DNA of 64,000 nucleotides from Candidatus Altimarinota bacterium (GTDB lineage Bacteria; Patescibacteriota; Gracilibacteria; UBA4473): NCBI GenBank assembly GCA_965231215.1, contig OZ246423.1, positions 640,001 to 704,000 of the forward strand, read 5' to 3'. Shown piece by piece: positions 60,546 to 64,000 of this stretch (position 1 is its first letter; each line of letters starts with the position of its first letter). The notes under the pieces were generated by a model. It saw only the letters and a program-made list of their open reading frames with translations, ran no database searches and was not told where the DNA came from. The position numbers and the translations under genes were made by a program.

Positions 60546-61898
60546 TTAGTCGTTTCGGAGCACGTAGTTAAAAATTTTACAGAGACTTTTAGCTTTATTA
60601 TGGACTTCTAACCATTCTTTAGATTTTTCAGAATCCTGGACAATTCCGGCTCCAGTTCGGAACCTCGCTATGCCGTCCTTTAGGAAAAAAGACCTAATCG
60701 CGATACAAAACTCCATATTGTCATCGGCCGAAAAATAGCCCATGGCCCCACCATATAAATTTCTTGGATTGGATTCGGTTTGGTAGATCAAATCTATAGC
60801 TCGAATTTTTGGAGCTCCGGTAAGCGTTCCAGCTGGGAATATAGCTTTGAAAAAATCTATGGTATCAAATTCGTCACGAATCGCCCCCGAAATATCGCTG
60901 ACCATGTGCATGAGGTTAGCAAAAATACGGCCGTATTTTTCTTTTTCTACATGGATTGATTGCGGTTCGCAGATTTTTCCAAGATCGTTTCTTCCAAGGT
61001 CTACCAGCATATCATGCTCGGCGTTTTCTTTTGGGTCTTGAGCCATTTCTTGAAATATGGTGGTGTCTTCTGTTTTGTTTTTTCCTCTATACCGAGTTCC
61101 AGCAATAGGACAGTAAACGACTTTTTTACCACGCTTAGAGCCCAGAATTTCGGGGCTAGCACCACAGACCTGGCCGTGCTGTTTGAAGTCAAAGAAGACT
61201 AAATGCGTAGTAGGTTCGAGTTTTCGTAAAACTTGGTAGAATTCAAGTCCGTCATGGAGGCCTACATTTTTTCGGAATCCGTTACTGATAATAATTTGAA
61301 AAATTTCTCCATTGAGTATTTTTTCTTTGGCCCAGCTCACTTTTTCACCAAAGGTGGCTTCAGTTTGTTCTGATTCGAAAGCCGAAAAATCCAAAAATTT
61401 ATCTGTTTTAAGCTGATCAAGTTCTACTACTTCTGGCTTCATGGCCCTGGCTTTTTTTAAGATTTTTTTATTTTCAGTGATAAAGTTATCACGTTCTGGA
61501 GTGGTTTGGATCGCAAAAATTTTCTTTTGAGCATGATCAAAGGCAAAAAACCGCGAAAACTCGTAAAAAAGAGCGTGTGGATAGTCTGATTCTCGTGCAA
61601 ATTTGGGTTCGATTTCGCCAAATATTTCAAAATTAAAATATCCTATAAGCCCTCCAGAAAAGGGAAAATTTTTGGGAAAAGGTATAGTTTTGGACAGACT
61701 TTTTTTTAGTTTTTCAAAGGAATTTTTGTGACTTTCGATCTCTTGAATAGGAACACAGGCAATGAGTGAAAACTGATTGGAATCATCTGTGAAGCCCGAC
61801 TCCAGCAAAGCACAAGGGCCTCCAAAGTGGTCTCTAGCACTGCTAAAGACAGAGATAGGAGAAAGCCCTTCTTCATAATCAAAAATTTCTAGTATCAT
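60546..61898 (-). CDS. trpE: Anthranilate synthase component I
   Basis: LLESG, ASPE, PIAGT, EH.MLVDLGRND, AGTLTGAPK, GAGIV.DS. Confidence 0.9.
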   Translation of the reverse strand: MILEIFDYEEGLSPISVFSSARDHFGGPCALLESGFTDDSNQFSLIACVPIQEIESHKNSFEKLKKSLSKTIPFPKNFPFSGGLIGYFNFEIFGEIEPKFARESDYPHALFYEFSRFFAFDHAQKKIFAIQTTPERDNFITENKKILKKARAMKPEVVELDQLKTDKFLDFSAFESEQTEATFGEKVSWAKEKILNGEIFQIIISNGFRKNVGLHDGLEFYQVLRKLEPTTHLVFFDFKQHGQVCGASPEILGSKRGKKVVYCPIAGTRYRGKNKTEDTTIFQEMAQDPKENAEHDMLVDLGRNDLGKICEPQSIHVEKEKYGRIFANLMHMVSDISGAIRDEFDTIDFFKAIFPAGTLTGAPKIRAIDLIYQTESNPRNLYGGAMGYFSADDNMEFCIAIRSFFLKDGIARFRTGAGIVQDSEKSKEWLEVHNKAKSLCKIFNYVLRND

Positions 61899-62002
61899 CT
61901 GTTTTTCGAAGTTTTAGCTATTATCTTATTCATTTTTTTTTGAGCTTAGGGGCTCGTAAATTTTTGGAGCAAAAAATACGCTTTAAAGGGAAACCGTAGG
62001 GT

Positions 62003-62299
62003 TTAAGCTTTATTTACATACTCAGGAAAAATTTTTGGGAAGATCCCTCTCCCAACTCCAAACTGTAGTTCGGCACTTCCTCTAGAAATCTGCGAAATAC
62101 TAACCCCTAACTTTTCAGAAATTTCTCTTTGAGGTACTCCTTTCATAAGCATTTCAACAAGCCTATAACGATCACACAAGGTATCGCATTCATTAGGCGT
62201 AAAGAAAGCTCTGAAGAAGTTTTCAATCTCCTCCGGATCATTAAAATTTTGCATTTTTTTGCTGATTTCTTTAAGGACTTTGGCTTTGTTGTTTGTCAT
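62003..62299 (-). CDS. trpR: Trp repressor (TrpR/YerC family)
   Basis: T..E...L..R..LV..L..G.PQREI...LGVSI.QISRGS..L; heads the trp genes. Confidence 0.8.
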   Translation of the reverse strand: MTNNKAKVLKEISKKMQNFNDPEEIENFFRAFFTPNECDTLCDRYRLVEMLMKGVPQREISEKLGVSISQISRGSAELQFGVGRGIFPKIFPEYVNKA

Positions 62300-62302
62300 G
62301 GT

Positions 62303-62320
62303 GTACCGGTTAAGCAGTAC
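62303..62320. promoter_or_regulatory. TrpR operator
   Basis: GTACCGGTTAAGCAGTAC matches GTAC-N3-TTAA-N3-GTAC; lies between a TTGACG-N16-TATTTT promoter and the trpR ATG. Confidence 0.75.
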
Positions 62321-62376
62321 AAAAATAGAGGATATTTTTTCGCCGTCAATTTTTTTTAACGTATATTGGGAGGGAG

Positions 62377-62850
62377 ATGAAAATTATAGGGATAGATCCA
62401 GGCTTCGAACGGTGTGGTTTTGCTGTTTTAGAAAAGGAAGGGCCAAAAATTAACCTCCTTACCTCCGGAATTATAAAGACAAATAAAAATGCTAAATTTT
62501 TAGACCGACAGTCTGAAGTCGCGGATGATTTTCAGGCATTACTTTCAAGATACACCCCTAAAGTGCTTTCGATTGAAGATTTGTTCTTTGTGCAGAATAT
62601 TACCACAGGCCTCAAGGTAGCTCAGGTGCGAGGAGTTTTAACCTTTTTGGCAAAAGAAGCAGGATGTAAAATAGTAGAACCCAAACCTACAGAGGTTAAA
62701 AAAACCTTTTGTGGAGATGGGAAAGCGGATAAGAATGCTATGAAGCGGATGGTAAAAATTATGTTTAACCTTGAGAAAAGTCCTAAAGTTGATGATGTGG
62801 CAGATGCGATTGCCATCGCTTATTTTGCAGCACAAAACCTAGATTTTTAG
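62377..62850 (+). CDS. ruvC: Holliday junction resolvase
   Basis: IGIDPG, IEDLFF, P.EVK, G.ADK, DDVADAIAIA. Confidence 0.96.
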   Translation: MKIIGIDPGFERCGFAVLEKEGPKINLLTSGIIKTNKNAKFLDRQSEVADDFQALLSRYTPKVLSIEDLFFVQNITTGLKVAQVRGVLTFLAKEAGCKIVEPKPTEVKKTFCGDGKADKNAMKRMVKIMFNLEKSPKVDDVADAIAIAYFAAQNLDF

Positions 62851-62874
62851 GGATATTTATGGTATAATCGCGCG

Positions 62875-63879
62875 ATGGCTGAAACTCAAAATCAACCCAG
62901 CGAAAACAAAGAAGACAAAAAATCTGCATCTTCAATTACCCCCGAACAGGCAGAAGAAAAAGTAACAGAGGCTGTAGATTCGGTGATGTCTCATCCCGGG
63001 AATGATAGTTTGATTGAGGAAGATGGAGATATTTTTTGGACGATACAGCAAGTTTCTTGGGGGATCATTAAAACCCTCGCTATCCTGGTATTTTTGCTTT
63101 TGCTTATTTGGTTTATATGGAACCCAAGCAGTTTTAAATTCTGGGAAAGGACGCCTCGTTCTGACTTTAATATTGAACTGGGGGAAAAAGAAAAAGGCTT
63201 TATGGAGAAACTTTTTGGAGGAGATACTAACGCTGATCAAAAAGAACAAATAGCCGAAAAAGCGATCGAAAATGGAGAAGAGGCAAACACGGCCCCTTCA
63301 AAAACCCAAGAAGACTCTACGGCGAAGAACAAGGAAACCTTGGATCAACAAGAATCCACAATTCAAGATATTAATGATGCAGTCGATAGATCGTATCAAT
63401 TAGAAGCGCAAAGAGTACAGCTTTCTCGAGGAACTATTTCTGAAAGTGTGCAGTGGCTTCGGAGAGCTAAAAATATTGGGGAAATTTCCCTCACCGTTAT
63501 ACGAACCGAATCCCCTTCTGCTCGAGCCCAAAAAGTAGAAGAAATTATTGCTGAAGCCGATTTTTTATTTGTGGATTCGGTCCGAATTCAATCACAATTA
63601 GTAGCAGAAAGAGAGGCGTTGTTAGCGGCAGGACAAAACGCCAACGAGTCAATTACTCAAATAGAATCTCAGATTTCACAAGCCTTGTCGGCGTTAGATC
63701 CTAATGCGGTAGAACCTCTAGTCGTACAAAAAATTCAACAACAATATATTGCGGCTGAAAACCTTTCACGAGCTAAAATCCGAGATACATTGCTTCGAAA
63801 CGTTCAAAACTTTGATCGTCTCCTGCGCCAAAAGACGCTGCCACTGTTAACCCCGGCCACGGAGATTCGCGCCAGCTAA
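62875..63879 (+). CDS. Hypothetical single-pass membrane protein with coiled coil
   Basis: 334-aa ORF, one TM, TATAAT 6 nt before the ATG. Confidence 0.7.
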   Translation: MAETQNQPSENKEDKKSASSITPEQAEEKVTEAVDSVMSHPGNDSLIEEDGDIFWTIQQVSWGIIKTLAILVFLLLLIWFIWNPSSFKFWERTPRSDFNIELGEKEKGFMEKLFGGDTNADQKEQIAEKAIENGEEANTAPSKTQEDSTAKNKETLDQQESTIQDINDAVDRSYQLEAQRVQLSRGTISESVQWLRRAKNIGEISLTVIRTESPSARAQKVEEIIAEADFLFVDSVRIQSQLVAEREALLAAGQNANESITQIESQISQALSALDPNAVEPLVVQKIQQQYIAAENLSRAKIRDTLLRNVQNFDRLLRQKTLPLLTPATEIRAS

Positions 63880-64000
63880 ACAGCACCCCTAAGTTTTTTT
63901 TAGCACGTTCTCTGACCTGAGTGGGCATTTGAATTTTCCGCGGCCAATGAGGGTTAGGGGACTCCAAAATGTCAGATTCTAGGACTTTTATATTTTCATA

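Noticed and set aside
61899-62002. trpL-type attenuator
   Set aside because: The uORF has no Trp codons and no terminator is present
1788-63253. Many 60-170 aa antisense or alternate-frame ORFs in the track
   Set aside because: Shadows inside well-supported genes
1-64000. Genome-wide genetic code 25
   Set aside because: Long genes such as rpoC contain no in-frame TGA, and TGA ends thrS, Elp3 and trpG in ATGA overlaps
63773-64000. Partial minus-strand CDS at the window end
   Set aside because: Open frame overlaps the 62875 gene by over 100 nt and has no recognisable motif

Overview
Bacterial chromosome segment, AT-rich, genetic code 11, densely packed with housekeeping genes in scrambled order. 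Gene content and the AT-rich, mostly Shine-Dalgarno-free start regions point to a Patescibacteria (CPR) genome, probably Peregrinibacteria/Gracilibacteria-like (inference). Recognisable genes: rny (partial), fur-like, ftsE, purB, folK, folE, tsaD, rnj, gap, thrS, rpsG, rpsL, rpoC, thyA, DHFR, dcd, sod, recA, lexA, metG, pheT, uvrB, 2-oxoacid oxidoreductase alpha/beta with flavodoxin, an RND pair, Elp3, tRNA-Tyr, rpmB, trpR-trpE-trpG-trpD and ruvC. Main observations: (1) a small island behind tRNA-Tyr encoding an ~894-aa protein with 11 near-identical 33-aa (99-bp) repeats whose hydrophobic register matches TALE-like repeats and which carry a variable di-residue, split by a 4-nt deletion in repeat 8; (2) an unannotated Thr-rich leader peptide with a complete attenuator in front of thrS; (3) a Rickettsia-palindromic-element-like repeat found both intergenically and inserted in frame inside trpD; (4) a TrpR-operator-controlled partial trp operon with a twin RNA-like motif; (5) a 6S-RNA-like rod upstream of rny and a structured rnj leader; (6) a small ORF with an in-frame TGA. 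All calls come from reading motifs by eye; no database searches were run.
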